32,000 bases of DNA from Trichodesmium erythraeum IMS101 (GCF_000014265.1 NC_008312.1:1650001-1682000); one strand, 5' to 3'. Shown: positions 1 through 10,000, counted from the stretch's first letter. Made by a program: numbers and translations. Notes: generated by a model not told the origin, from the letters alone.

Positions 1-159
1 TCATTTGCCCGAAATCTGCTGTATGTTAGAGACTATTTGTAAAAAAAAGCTCAAGATAGCCATAAAAAAGTATTGAAGGTAGGAAAATAAAAAATAATGA
101 TCACTGTCAAATAAATGTCGTGAAAATGTGAAAATTTTTAGACAGAGCTCTAAGGGCTC

Positions 160-595
160 GCCAGTGGGAACTACTCGAACCTATGCTACTGAAACACCTC
201 TCAACCAGGGCTAAAACTAAATGCTAATCTCACAGAAGTAGTAAATAGTATATTCTATATCCTTTACTCTAGTTTTTATTGGCGTTCTTTGCTGTAGAAG
301 CTACCACCTTGGCAAACTGTATCAACAAAATTTTGTAAATGGCACGGATATGGTGTTTAGGAAGAAATCAATCATACTCTAGGGCGAGAGACAAGAGTCC
401 AAGAAGCAAGACATCAAGAATTTACTGTAAATGAGTTGGGGCTGAGTCTAGTTATAGATGAGCGAAGTTTGCTATGGCGATCACAGATTTGATTTCAGCA
501 GCAGTTGAAATAGTCAAGGGTAATACTCAAGAATTTGAAGTCTTATCTAAAGGAAGTGATACGGCTAACGCCACCCTCCGCGAACATAAATAATA
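160..595 (+). mobile_element. Degraded IS5-family transposase remnant (IS1031/IS427-like N-terminus) with stops, frameshifts and an internal deletion
   Basis: Plus-strand frames read RQWELLEP..., then after a frameshift LTEVVNSIFYIL...KLPPWQTVSTKFCKWHGYGV.EEINHTLGRETRVQEARHQE. This is the hallmark N-terminal block of IS5-family transposases (QWELIEPLLP..REVVNAI.YVLR.GCQWR.LP.DFPPWQTVYYYFR.W). It is broken by in-frame stops. A short FEVLSK/VIRLT tail near 530-595 resembles the C-terminal GFEVLPKRWVVERTF block, so the catalytic core appears to be deleted. Confidence 0.65.
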
Positions 596-950
596 GTTGC
601 CACAGCAGGAATATTCTATAGTCTGAGAAATGCGATCGTGTACATCTTCAAAAAAGCTTAATCCTAGCTTACGAGTGGTAGCAACCAGGGACATAAAAGT
701 ATCCCAAGATGCAGTCTCCTCTATCGTCTGAGTTCTATAACTGATATGGCTTTAAGTCAATATAGCTCAAGCGGATAAAGGCATCTGGTTATTATGGAAT
801 GGCAATTGGGGATGCTCCAACACCAACAGCAACTGTAAAATGAAGGGTAACAGTTAATCGTTTTGGTTCTACCAAAGATAAGTTCTCATTACAAGCACTT
901 ACACAGGTTTTTTCCTCATTTTGACATAGATACCAGAGAATTCGTCTAGA
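596..950 (-). mobile_element. Unclassified transposase-like C-terminal fragment, degraded
   Basis: Minus-strand translation of about 600-715 reads SWDTFMSLVATTRKLGLSFFEDVHDRISQT. I associate this pattern with the C-termini of cyanobacterial transposases. Upstream frames are broken by stops and no intact ORF remains. I could not resolve the family. Confidence 0.3.
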
Positions 951-952
951 CT

Positions 953-1712
953 GTGATTGCCATTATGAACTACTTACAAAAGTGGGTTTTGAGTAATTAC
1001 CGAACTCAATGGCAGCTTGGAAAACATACATACAACATTCTCCTGTTAGGAATTGCTGATCACGGTTTGGCAATTATCATAATTTGGGAGATTTTGCCGA
1101 AAAAAGGAAATTCCCAAACTACTGAACGAATAGGAGAAATTTGCTTTCCTATTAGGTAAGGGGTGAGTAGCATACTTAACAGTAGGTATAGAATTTCTAG
1201 GTAAACAATGATTTAAATATCTTTCGTTTAATTGGGGGTTTCCCATCAGCATTGGTCACACAGACTTAATTGGTGATAGAGGCCGATATTTACCTTTAAG
1301 GGTGATTTTTAGGAGTTTAGCCGTTGTTGAAGTCAGAAGTTTCCTCAAATGCCAGAACGTTTGGGGAATCTGAATATATGTATCAGCCTTAAAATTTGAA
1401 TCACAAGAACTATTGATACTAGTTAGCGTTGGCAGAGAATGGTGACGGCAGCTATATCGCCCCGGGGAAAGTGCGATTCACGATTATGGTTGTTGCTGGA
1501 AGATTGAAACGTTGTTTGGTTGCCTTCAAAGTAGAGGTTTTGACCTTAAGTCAAGTCACATAACTGAACCAAAATGTCTAACTAAAACGATATTTTTATT
1601 AACTTTAGCACTGTGTTGGGCATATCACGTATATGTTTGGTTAGATGAGTATTGTCCTCTACTCATCAAAAAATATGGGGGTAAAGCTCAAAGTTTTTTC
1701 CCTATTGTCTAG
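953..1712 (+). mobile_element. Degraded IS4-family transposase: two ORF fragments with a frameshifted middle
   Basis: ORF 953-1159 (WQLGKHTYNILLLGIADHGLAIIIIWEILPKKGNSQTTERI) matches the IS4-type block W.FG..INILML....AIPL.W..L.KKGNSN..ER. Region 1490-1712 reads WKIETLFGCLQSRGFDLKSSHITEPKCLTKTIFLLTLALCWAY, the RW.IE.LF..LK.RGF..E block that carries the catalytic Glu. The two parts are in different frames and separated by stops. Confidence 0.6.
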
Positions 1713-1768
1713 TCTAGAGTTTTGGCGTATATATATTCTTCAAGATATCTAGCCAAATAGATGATTTT

Positions 1769-2068
1769 CTAGGATGTTAAAATTTTTGTCCTGTACTTAG
1801 GTCCTTGTCTTGTACTGTTAATATCAGCAACTATTATCTCAAAGCGATCGAGCTGTTCAAAGATTTCTTGACAAGTGGCTAATAATTCTCTACCAACGCT
1901 TATTAAGTACAATTGCTTATCAATTTGCTCGAATTGCTTGACTTGAGCAGAGACAGTGGGTTAAGTAATAAAAACTCTTCAGTAGTTTTACTAAGGCTGC
2001 CGTGACAAGCCACTGTCTGGAACACTCTTAACTAATATAAAGTTGCCTGAATCAAGGACTTTTCCTCC
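1769..2068 (-). pseudogene. Decayed N-terminal fragment of a CbbR/CmpR-type LysR transcriptional regulator, divergent from the bicA-like gene
   Basis: Minus-strand translation gives ..FILVKSVPDSGLSRQP**NY*RVFIT*PTVSAQVKQFEQIDKQLYLISVGRELLATCQEIFEQLDRFEIIVADINSTRQG... PTVSAQVKQ(L)E is the LysR/CbbR helix-turn-helix recognition helix. LYL(T)EAGRELL...C.EIF..L..FE...ADL.G..QG is the following linker, as in CmpR/CbbR proteins. There are stops inside the HTH, about 10-12 residues are missing after the QFEQ motif, and the substrate-binding domain is absent because the sequence runs into IS debris. Confidence 0.6.
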
Positions 2069-2248
2069 TGTAATAAGAAAAATAAAGAAAATATTAATAT
2101 TGATATAAGTAATTGCAAACTCTTAAGTATTGCATTTACTATCAATTTTTATAACAATCGTGCCATATATGATAGTCAATGTTATATATGAATAATATCG
2201 ACTAAATTCAATAAACAAATTACTTGAACTTATTCATCAAATCAAGCT

Positions 2249-3973
2249 ATGGCTACGCAAGTTTTCAATAAAATACATTTCAGAAACCTTCAGGGCGACA
2301 TTTTCGGTGGCTTAACTGCTGCCGTGATTGCTCTTCCAATGGCACTTGCCTTCGGTGTTGCTTCAGGTGCAGGTCCTGCTGCTGGCTTATATGGTTCTGT
2401 ATTAGTGGGTTTGTTTGCAGCACTGTTTGGTGGTACTCCTACTCTAATTTCTGAACCTACTGGACCAATGACGGTGGTAATGACTGCAGTGATTGCGAAC
2501 TTAACTGCTACTAACCCAGAAAACGGCATGACAATGGCATTTACAGTGGTAATGCTAGCTGGTTTATTCCAAATCAGTTTTGGTTTCTTAAAGCTGGGTA
2601 AATATATTACCATGATGCCTTATAATGTTATATCTGGTTTCATGTCAGGCATTGGTCTTATCCTAATTATCCTGCAAATAGGTCCTTTTCTCGGACAAGC
2701 TAGTCCCAAGGGCGGTGTAATTGCTACTATTGAGAATCTTCCTCAACTTCTAAATAATATTAATCCCATAGAAACAGGTTTAGCAGTTCTTACAGTAGTT
2801 ATCCTGTTTTCTATGCCAACTAAACTCAAGAAAATTTTTCCAGCACCATTGGTAGCATTAGTAATAGGAACAATAATTTCTATTGTATTTTTCTCAGATA
2901 TTGATATTCGTCGTATTGGTGAAATTCCTAGTGGTCTTCCTAGCTTACAACTACCTTACTTTACTGCCGGTCAGTTACAGTTAATGGTAGTTGATGCTAT
3001 AGTATTAGCAATGCTGGGTTGTATTGATGCTCTTCTTACTTCTGTGGTAGCTGACAGTTTAACTCGTACTCAACACGACTCTGATAAAGAATTAATTGGT
3101 CAAGGTTTAGGGAACCTAGCTTCTGGTTTATTTGGCGGTATTCCAGGTGCTGGTGCGACTATGGGTACTGTAGTCAATATTAATACAGGAGCTCGCACTG
3201 CTCTATCTAGTATCACCCGTGCTGTCATTTTAATGGTTGTAGTTTTGGGAGCTGCCAGTTTAACAGCACAAATCCCAATGGCTGTTTTGGCAGGTATTGC
3301 CTTCCAGGTAGGCATTAAGATTATTGACTGGGGATTCCTCAAGCGTGCTCATCGCATTTCCTGGAAGTCGGCGATCATTATGTACGCTGTTATTGGTTTA
3401 ACTGTATTTGTTGACTTGATTACTGCTGTAGGTATTGGGGTATTTATCGCTAATGTTTTGACTATTGATCGCCTGACTCAGCTAAAATCTGAAGATGTTA
3501 AAGCTATTACTGATGCTGATGATGCGATCATTTTAGACAATGATGAAAAAGAATTACTAGATCGTGCTGAAGGTCGAATTTTACTGTTTCATTTAAGTGG
3601 TCCCATGATATTTGGTATTTCTAAAGCCATCTCTCGACAGCACACACATTTAAATAATTATGAAGTTTTGATTGTAGACTTGAGCGAAGTACCTCACATG
3701 GGTGTAACTTCAGCTCTAGCAATAGAAAATGTAATTCAGGAAACTATTGATACAGGTCGTAATGTATTCCTAGTTGGTGCTGCAGGAAGTGTCAAACTCC
3801 GATTAGAAAAATTAGGAGTTTTAAATATTGTACCTTCAGAAAATATGTTGATGGATCGCAAGCAAGCATTGGTTAAAGCTGTGGCCTTAGTTACTTCTGA
3901 TGTTAATATTAATGATCCTATTCAGAACGGAGCTAAGGGTATTCAATCTGGGATTGATAATATTATCAAATAA
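2249..3973 (+). CDS. bicA: SulP-family anion transporter with C-terminal STAS domain, BicA-type (probable Na+-dependent bicarbonate transporter)
   Basis: Intact 574-aa ORF. The N-terminus (IHFRNLQGDIFGGLTAAVIALPMALAFGVASGAG...GGTPTLISEPTGPMTVVMTAVIA) and the core (LGCIDALLTSVVADSLTRT.H.S.KELIGQGLGN..SGLFGGIPGAGATMGTVVNI) closely follow my recollection of Synechococcus PCC 7002 BicA. The STAS tail reads LLFHLSGPMIFG...VPHMGVTSALAIEN. The gene symbol is tentative because substrate is not provable from sequence. Confidence 0.88.
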   Translation: MATQVFNKIHFRNLQGDIFGGLTAAVIALPMALAFGVASGAGPAAGLYGSVLVGLFAALFGGTPTLISEPTGPMTVVMTAVIANLTATNPENGMTMAFTVVMLAGLFQISFGFLKLGKYITMMPYNVISGFMSGIGLILIILQIGPFLGQASPKGGVIATIENLPQLLNNINPIETGLAVLTVVILFSMPTKLKKIFPAPLVALVIGTIISIVFFSDIDIRRIGEIPSGLPSLQLPYFTAGQLQLMVVDAIVLAMLGCIDALLTSVVADSLTRTQHDSDKELIGQGLGNLASGLFGGIPGAGATMGTVVNINTGARTALSSITRAVILMVVVLGAASLTAQIPMAVLAGIAFQVGIKIIDWGFLKRAHRISWKSAIIMYAVIGLTVFVDLITAVGIGVFIANVLTIDRLTQLKSEDVKAITDADDAIILDNDEKELLDRAEGRILLFHLSGPMIFGISKAISRQHTHLNNYEVLIVDLSEVPHMGVTSALAIENVIQETIDTGRNVFLVGAAGSVKLRLEKLGVLNIVPSENMLMDRKQALVKAVALVTSDVNINDPIQNGAKGIQSGIDNIIK

Positions 3974-3981
3974 GTAATACC

Positions 3982-4014
3982 AAATCCGCTTGCAAGTTGA
4001 GTATTAGCGGATTT
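3982..4014. terminator. Bidirectional intrinsic-terminator-like hairpin between the convergent SulP genes
   Basis: AAATCCGCT (3982-3990) and AGCGGATTT (4006-4014) form a perfect 9-bp inverted repeat around a 15-nt loop. The GC core TCCGCT/AGCGGA is followed by TTTG on both strands. It lies 9 nt after the stop of the + gene and 45 nt after the stop of the - gene. Confidence 0.5.
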
Positions 4015-4058
4015 GATCTAAAAAAATTTGATAATTGTTGACAAACAACCTCTAGGTA

Positions 4059-5711
4059 TTAAATTTTTCGTTCAACCAGGAGGTTAAGTGTCTGTTGCAA
4101 AGCCTTGATGCGTGTTCCTACTAGGTTCTGTCGAGGTACAAAGTTCCATATCTTTAACTTTCCCAGTCTAGTTTTAACTCCACCAGATGCACCTACAATA
4201 AACACCTCACGATGTTTTCGACTTGCTTCTGTAACCATATTTTCAAGAGCAAGGGACATAGTAATTCCAAGGTAGGAAACATCGCTGAGGTCAAGAATAA
4301 GAACATCATACTGTTGTACCATCCCCATGTGTCTAGAGAGAGCCTTGGCAGCCCCAAAACTCATTGGTCCACCAAGATGTAATAGAAGAAGATGACCCCG
4401 ACATTCCTTAAGTAGTTGTTTTTCTTGATCCCGTAAAGGAATTTCATCATTCGGTTCAACTATAGCCTTAATATCATTAATTTGCATATCACTAAGACGT
4501 TTGACAGTCAAGAGATTTGCAATAAATATACCAACTGCGACTGCAGTAACTAGATTAACGAATACAGTCAGTATCAATACGCTGTACATAATGCCAGCAG
4601 CTTTGAGTGATAAATTATGTGCTCGTTTGAGAAATCCCCAGTCAATAATATCAACTCCGACTTTGAGTAAGATACCTGCGAGGATAGCTTGAGGAATTGC
4701 TTCAGTCAACTTTCCAGCCCACAAAAGGATAAGTAATAGAATAATAGAATGGACAATACCCGATAAGGGAGTTTTTCCACCAGCATGAACGTTAACAACA
4801 GTCCGCATTGTTGCTCCCGCTCCTGGTAGTCCACCAAATAATCCAGACATTATATTTCCAATTCCTTGACCAATTAATTCGTGATCGGAGTCATGATTGC
4901 TTCGGGTAATGTTATCAGCAACCAGAGAGGTGAGTAGGGAGTCAATAGACCCTAGGGTTCCTAGTACCAAACCATCCACAAGCATATTTTGTAGTTGATT
5001 GAAGGTAAATACTGGTAAGTGTAGCTTGGGCAAACCAGTAGGGATTTCTCCAATAAGTATAAGATTACTGTCTGACAAGAAGAATACCGAAATCAAAGTT
5101 CCAGTTAATAATGCTAACAATGGAGACGGTATAATCGCAGTTACTTTACGTGGTGTGAATAAAAGAATTACTATTGTGAGAATTCCTAACCCTACTGCAG
5201 CGGGATTAAGATTAATTAAAAATTCTGGGATTTTCTTGATAGATTGAGCTACACTAGCAGAGGCCGGATGACCGAGAAACGGGCCGATTTGAATGATGAT
5301 AATAATTACACCGACTCCGGACATAAATCCTGAGATTACAGCGTAGGGAATTAGGACAATATATTTTCCTAGCTGAAGAACCCCAAAAAGTATCTGGAAT
5401 ATTCCGCCGAGCATGACAACGGTAAATGCCATCTCCAGACCGGCATCTGGGTTATCAGCGAGCAGAGTGGTAAAAACCGTTGCCATGAGTACGGTCATAG
5501 GACCAGTCGGACCGGTAATCTGTGAGGGTGTACCTCCACAAAGAGCAGCAAAAAAGCCAACAAAAATGGCACCGTAGAGACCTGTGATTGCTCCAGCACC
5601 GGAAGATACCCCGAATGCTAAAGCTAGAGGTAGTGCAACAATTGCCGCAGTCAGACCACCCAATAAATCACCGCGCAGGTTATTGAAATGTAAACTGTTA
5701 ACAAGTTGCAT
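4059..5711 (-). CDS. SulP-family anion transporter with STAS domain (BicA-like paralog)
   Basis: Intact 550-aa ORF with the same architecture as 2249-3973. It has LHFNNLRGDLLGGLTAAIVALPLALAFGVSSGAG, GPTGPMTV, SLLTSLVADN.TR..HDSD.ELIGQGIGN..SGLFGGLPGAGATMRTVVNV, and a STAS tail LLLLHLGGPMSFG...VSYLGITMSLALEN. Confidence 0.88.
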   Translation of the reverse strand: MQLVNSLHFNNLRGDLLGGLTAAIVALPLALAFGVSSGAGAITGLYGAIFVGFFAALCGGTPSQITGPTGPMTVLMATVFTTLLADNPDAGLEMAFTVVMLGGIFQILFGVLQLGKYIVLIPYAVISGFMSGVGVIIIIIQIGPFLGHPASASVAQSIKKIPEFLINLNPAAVGLGILTIVILLFTPRKVTAIIPSPLLALLTGTLISVFFLSDSNLILIGEIPTGLPKLHLPVFTFNQLQNMLVDGLVLGTLGSIDSLLTSLVADNITRSNHDSDHELIGQGIGNIMSGLFGGLPGAGATMRTVVNVHAGGKTPLSGIVHSIILLLILLWAGKLTEAIPQAILAGILLKVGVDIIDWGFLKRAHNLSLKAAGIMYSVLILTVFVNLVTAVAVGIFIANLLTVKRLSDMQINDIKAIVEPNDEIPLRDQEKQLLKECRGHLLLLHLGGPMSFGAAKALSRHMGMVQQYDVLILDLSDVSYLGITMSLALENMVTEASRKHREVFIVGASGGVKTRLGKLKIWNFVPRQNLVGTRIKALQQTLNLLVERKI

Positions 5712-5800
5712 GAGTAATTTTATCTATTTTTATATTTTTCTAGTTAGTATATTAAATCCTAAATCTGAAAATATGCTACTCCCTTTCTGTTAGAAAATTA

Positions 5801-5833
5801 CTTATTATGTAATATATGTTATTACATAATAGG
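5801..5833. promoter_or_regulatory. AT-rich palindrome in the promoter region of the second SulP gene (candidate operator)
   Basis: TATTATGTAATA (5803-5814) and TATTACATAATA (5820-5831) are perfect 12-bp inverted repeats around TATGT, extendable by C5801-G5833. The element lies about 90-120 nt upstream of the ATG at 5711. Confidence 0.3.
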
Positions 5834-5921
5834 TAATAAGGGATGAATCATGATTAAATCTTTAGGGAATAAAACTTTTAGGTTAGGCGATCGCTAATTA
5901 AATTTAGAATCGTGGCCATAA

Positions 5922-6380
5922 TTGTACTACAGGTGTCAACAAGAATATTTAAGGAAAAGATTATTGGCAATTAAATACTTGTATGAAAGAAAAACTAGAA
6001 CAGAAGTATCAGATTTATTAAATTGTCATTCTCAAACTTTATCTACTTGGATAGATAAATTTTTAGAAGGAGGATTAAAGAATTTACTAGAACTAATGAC
6101 TCACCAAGTATCATCAAGATTAAATATAGAGCAGAAACAGGAATTAAAAATAATGATACTGGAAGAATTACCCAGAGATTATGTGGTAGATAGAAACAAA
6201 TGGAGCTGGTAAAATTATTAGTAATGTTATTGAATTAAGATGGGGAGTAAAACTGAAAATAATCGAGAATATATGAAATTTTAAAGAAACTAAATTTATC
6301 AGCTCAAAAAGCCCATAGAAATTATGCTAATGCCAGCCAAGAACAGCAAAAAACATTTTTTTTAAGTCTAAAAAAAATTG
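5922..6380 (+). mobile_element. Truncated, frameshifted IS630-family transposase remnant
   Basis: ORF 5922-6212 reads RKRLLAIKYLYERKTRTEVSDLLNCHSQTLSTWIDKFLEGGLKNLL...LNIEQKQELK..ILEELPRDYVVDRNKWS. This is a typical IS630 N-terminal HTH region. It continues after a frameshift as KIISNVIELRWGVKLK..SRIYEILKKLNLSAQKAHRNYANASQEQQKTFF. The DDE catalytic part is missing. Confidence 0.65.
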
Positions 6381-6559
6381 GCATCATATTTGTACTTTAG
6401 CTTAGCTAGATTAAAGTGTACATAACTACCAATAATTGTTTTGGTAAATATTCTTTTTGGGGGTTTGTATTATAGTTTTTGCTGTAATTCAGTGTTTAAG
6501 ATCGCGATCGCTAAATTGAACCATTCTATATGGATAAAGGTTTTATCGTTTTGCTGCTC

Positions 6560-7070
6560 TAATTGGCCTTTATAACATTTATACTACATAATTGGTAATC
6601 TTCTAGCAGGAAAGGAGTAGTCATAGCGACATCACTGCTTAGGTTATTACAGCTACTGTTTCCATCTCTCCTGTTGCTTAATTGACACCTAGATATAACT
6701 TGCCCTTACCTAGACCATGCTGCCTAATTTTCCACTTTCCCCCACCATAGACTTTGACTACCGTAGAGTCTACTAACAGGTGTATTGCTTTGCTCCCAAT
6801 GGTACTACTGACATTAGTATGTCCATTTTTTTTGATTCGACGGGATACAGTAGTGTAATTTTGTATAGATAAATCTAGTTCCATGGCTGGTAGATATAGA
6901 TTATAAAAAGCCCTCTTGTTGCTTGTAGTCCTGGCTAAGTATAAATAGATTTTAGTATTACCATTAATTCAATGGCGACATTACTGTACGTGTTAGATAC
7001 TCTTAATAGTGCAGTTTTGCTTGAATTCAAACACTTTTCTATCACCTAGGGGAGATAGCTAAAATTTTAG
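6560..7070 (-). mobile_element. Degraded IS5-family (IS903-like group) transposase remnant
   Basis: ORF 6678-6884 reads NYTTVSRRIKK....KAIHLLVDSTVVKVYGGGKWKIRQHGLGKGKLYLGVN, matching the IS903-type block YTTVS.R.K......G.IHLVVDSTGLKV.GEGEWKV..HG...RR.WRKLHLGVD. Downstream, out-of-frame text ATGEMETVAVIT resembles ATGEI.A..LT. Upstream, YSNVAIELMVILKSIY.LPGLQATRG resembles YSD.AI....VIK.VF.L.LR..QGF. Several stops and frameshifts are present. Confidence 0.6.
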
Positions 7071-10000
7071 GTTTCCTGTCTATTTTAAGAACACATAATA
7101 TTTAGATTAGTTATTCACCCAGTAGTTAAATTTGGACTGAATATAGACTTACTAATGTTTACTTCGTGGAGTAGCTTTTAATCAAGTTATCCTTTCTAAG
7201 TATACCTCATATCTCATACTAATGGATATGATATTTTTTATGTTTCCTATGCCTTAAAATTAAAAAAAATTGTACACTTTAGACAGGTTAAAAAGCCTAT
7301 AAGAGATTTGTCGTAAAATTAAAAGAAAATTATAATTTATGAGTAACATCAATTTGAGCTAATTTATTGTCATAAATATAGCAATCCTATTTTTACATTC
7401 TGCAGAATATTGCCACTTTTTGTCAATATAAATTGGCTTAATAGGCAAGAGTTTTGGAATTTATTTCTAGTCTAGTTTTTGAATTTTTACAACCTAATTT
7501 AGAATTGCTATATACTATTCAGTTTTGATTATTTTTATCCTTAGGGAATGAAAAGCTAGCTGAAAGCTATATAGAGCATTAATTTTGCTATCGGTAACTG
7601 AAAAATGCTTCAACATTAAAAAATGTTTATTGAGAATTGATGAGGGTAAGGCGCGAGAAATACACCCCCTACCCTAGAATAATTATTTATTTATTATAAA
7701 CAACTTTTAAAACAGTTAAAAATATGATAAAAATGGTTGATAATTACAAACAAAAAAGAATCAAAAGTGAATATATTGAGCGTTATTCAAGACCTTATAT
7801 AAAAAAATTAAGTTCATTTCAACTAATAACATTATAAATATTATTTATTATATTTAATTGACCGATATAAAGCTGTACAAATATCAAAGCTAATCAATTA
7901 TTGTTTTCGAGCATAACAGAGAAAGTAAAATAAAAAATATACCAATTTTTTTAACTATTTAATTGCTTTATTTGTCAATTTATATCTTCAATTTTTCATA
8001 TGATTTGAAACTCAAACTCAGAGGGCATAAGTGTGATGATTGGCTTAAGTCATTACTTGCAATATATTCTCCTGAAGTTGGAATAAAAATTTTCTCATAA
8101 GGAGTTTTACTTTTTGCTCCCGAAGGAATTCCTTTAATCTTAATTATTTTGCCTGATATTTTATCTGACTCAACCCAATTTAACTATTCAATATTTTTAT
8201 ATTTTTCTACATTGTTAGTATCATCAACGTACTAGATTTATTTTTAATGGAAATAATAAATTTTTCTTAAGTTATCTCTCAATGCCATTAACCTTTTTTT
8301 TAAATACCAACTATCCATTAATACAGTTGTAAATAGTATTTTTTTTGTTTATAGCTATATTCAATAATTTATTTAACATAGTCTCTCCTCAGGTTTTTTT
8401 CAGCATCTAGGTCATCAATGCCATTACTAATAATCTATAATTATTATCTTTGAGGATAAAAATAGACACAGCTAATTACTCCTATACCTAAATTAATTAA
8501 TATTAATTACTACTATATTGTCTGCCGAAAAGTACCTCTTTCAGAGAAGCGACCCTCTCAATCAGGGAGCAAGTTTTTTGTTAATAATTATGTCATCAAA
8601 ATCAGATATCCTTCTGTTTCGGTCACAATTTTTTTTGACATTTTGTCATAAATATAGAAAGCTTAAAGTTACTATTTTGAAATAATGATTATTGCATCAT
8701 GGCTAATCTTTTAGATTGGAGTTTTCTGATTTTTTTATAGTATAGTTAGCTTAAAAAAAATCAGCAAATAAGTATTGACAGTAATCAATATAGTTAAAAT
8801 TAATATTCTCTATATTTAGATATTTTTTTATTGTTTAATAATTAGATTTTTCATTTAATTTATTCAATAAAATTAAACCATATTTTTCATAATTTTTTCT
8901 ATAATTACTACTTAAAATAACTGGTATTAAAGATAGTTTCTATTCAGAAAAAAAAGGGGCCATAATTGAAAATACTCAACCCCAGAATGTACACTGTATC
9001 TATTGTACCCGTGTAATTCCTAGCAATATTTAAAGACTATAAAATAGTGGTTATAATTTGGAAATAGACTACCTGCCTGCGACTAATCAATTAATAACAT
9101 AATAACAGATTTATTTTAAAAAAAACTAATATTAAGTCTGCTTTAATGGGGAGATATTCATAAAACTCAAAACTCTTGCCTTATAATAATTTGGGTACTT
9201 AAATACCTACTTTATAATAACCAGATTTTATCTGAAAAGTCAACGGATAGACAGGGGAGGCTTTAAATCAAATTTTTCGGTAAAAATACCAAAAATTCCC
9301 TAAGACTATTTAGTTCCATTTACTACTTTATTAATATATTTTTTTTATAACTATTAATTTTGGTAGAGCTAGATCTAAATACAAAATAATGCCATCTCAA
9401 ATAACGGTAGAGTAGAATCAAATTTTGAGTAGGTAGTACGAGTACAACACAATACTTAATACTTTAGAATAACTAATTTTATTTTTACCTTCTTTGTGGC
9501 TTTTTTCTTTGTTTGTCAGCTAACTTTGAGGTGCTGGTATCTGCACTAATTAAACATTGGGGTTCGGTGTGAGGACATATCTTAATTTTATTCTTTTGAA
9601 GCACATCCCCTATCCATTACTCCTACTCCATTTTTGGGAATTGTCTCTATAGTTTTAAATACTTATGTATCGTCATGTCTTTGCCCAAAATGAATGGCTA
9701 TTATTCCTACTTCTGCTGTCCAACTATATTGTCTACAAAAAAAACTTTCCCGGATGGTATCCTTGACTCGATAGTAGTTTACTTGTTAACCCAATTATTA
9801 TTGAATTAATTAGAAATAATCTTAGACTTTATGCTACTCCTTATTTGATTATTTAATTGTTTTTTCGCTTGATAATTATTTCTTGAAAAATTAGCGAATT
9901 TCTTTTTGAAATAGCAATCATTAAATTTGATATTTTTAGGTTTATTCCTTGATAGTTTAGTCTTTGAAATAAATCCCCCATACTGCGTATACTTTGGTTC

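Noticed and set aside
2112-2134. ATTGCA-N11-ATTGCA / TGCAA..CTTAAG..TTGCA quasi-palindrome upstream of the bicA-like gene, considered as a LysR (T-N11-A) operator
   Set aside because: The symmetry requires an indel, and the motif does not match the TTA-N7/8-TAA sites I recall for CmpR. AT-rich promoter DNA readily yields such patterns.
7365-8655. 15-nt identical string TTGTCATAAATATAG at about 7368 and about 8643 in the non-coding stretch, considered as a dispersed repeat or promoter motif
   Set aside because: The flanks do not align. A single 15-mer coincidence in very AT-rich DNA is within chance expectation by my rough estimate. The nearby TTGACA has no properly spaced -10 box.
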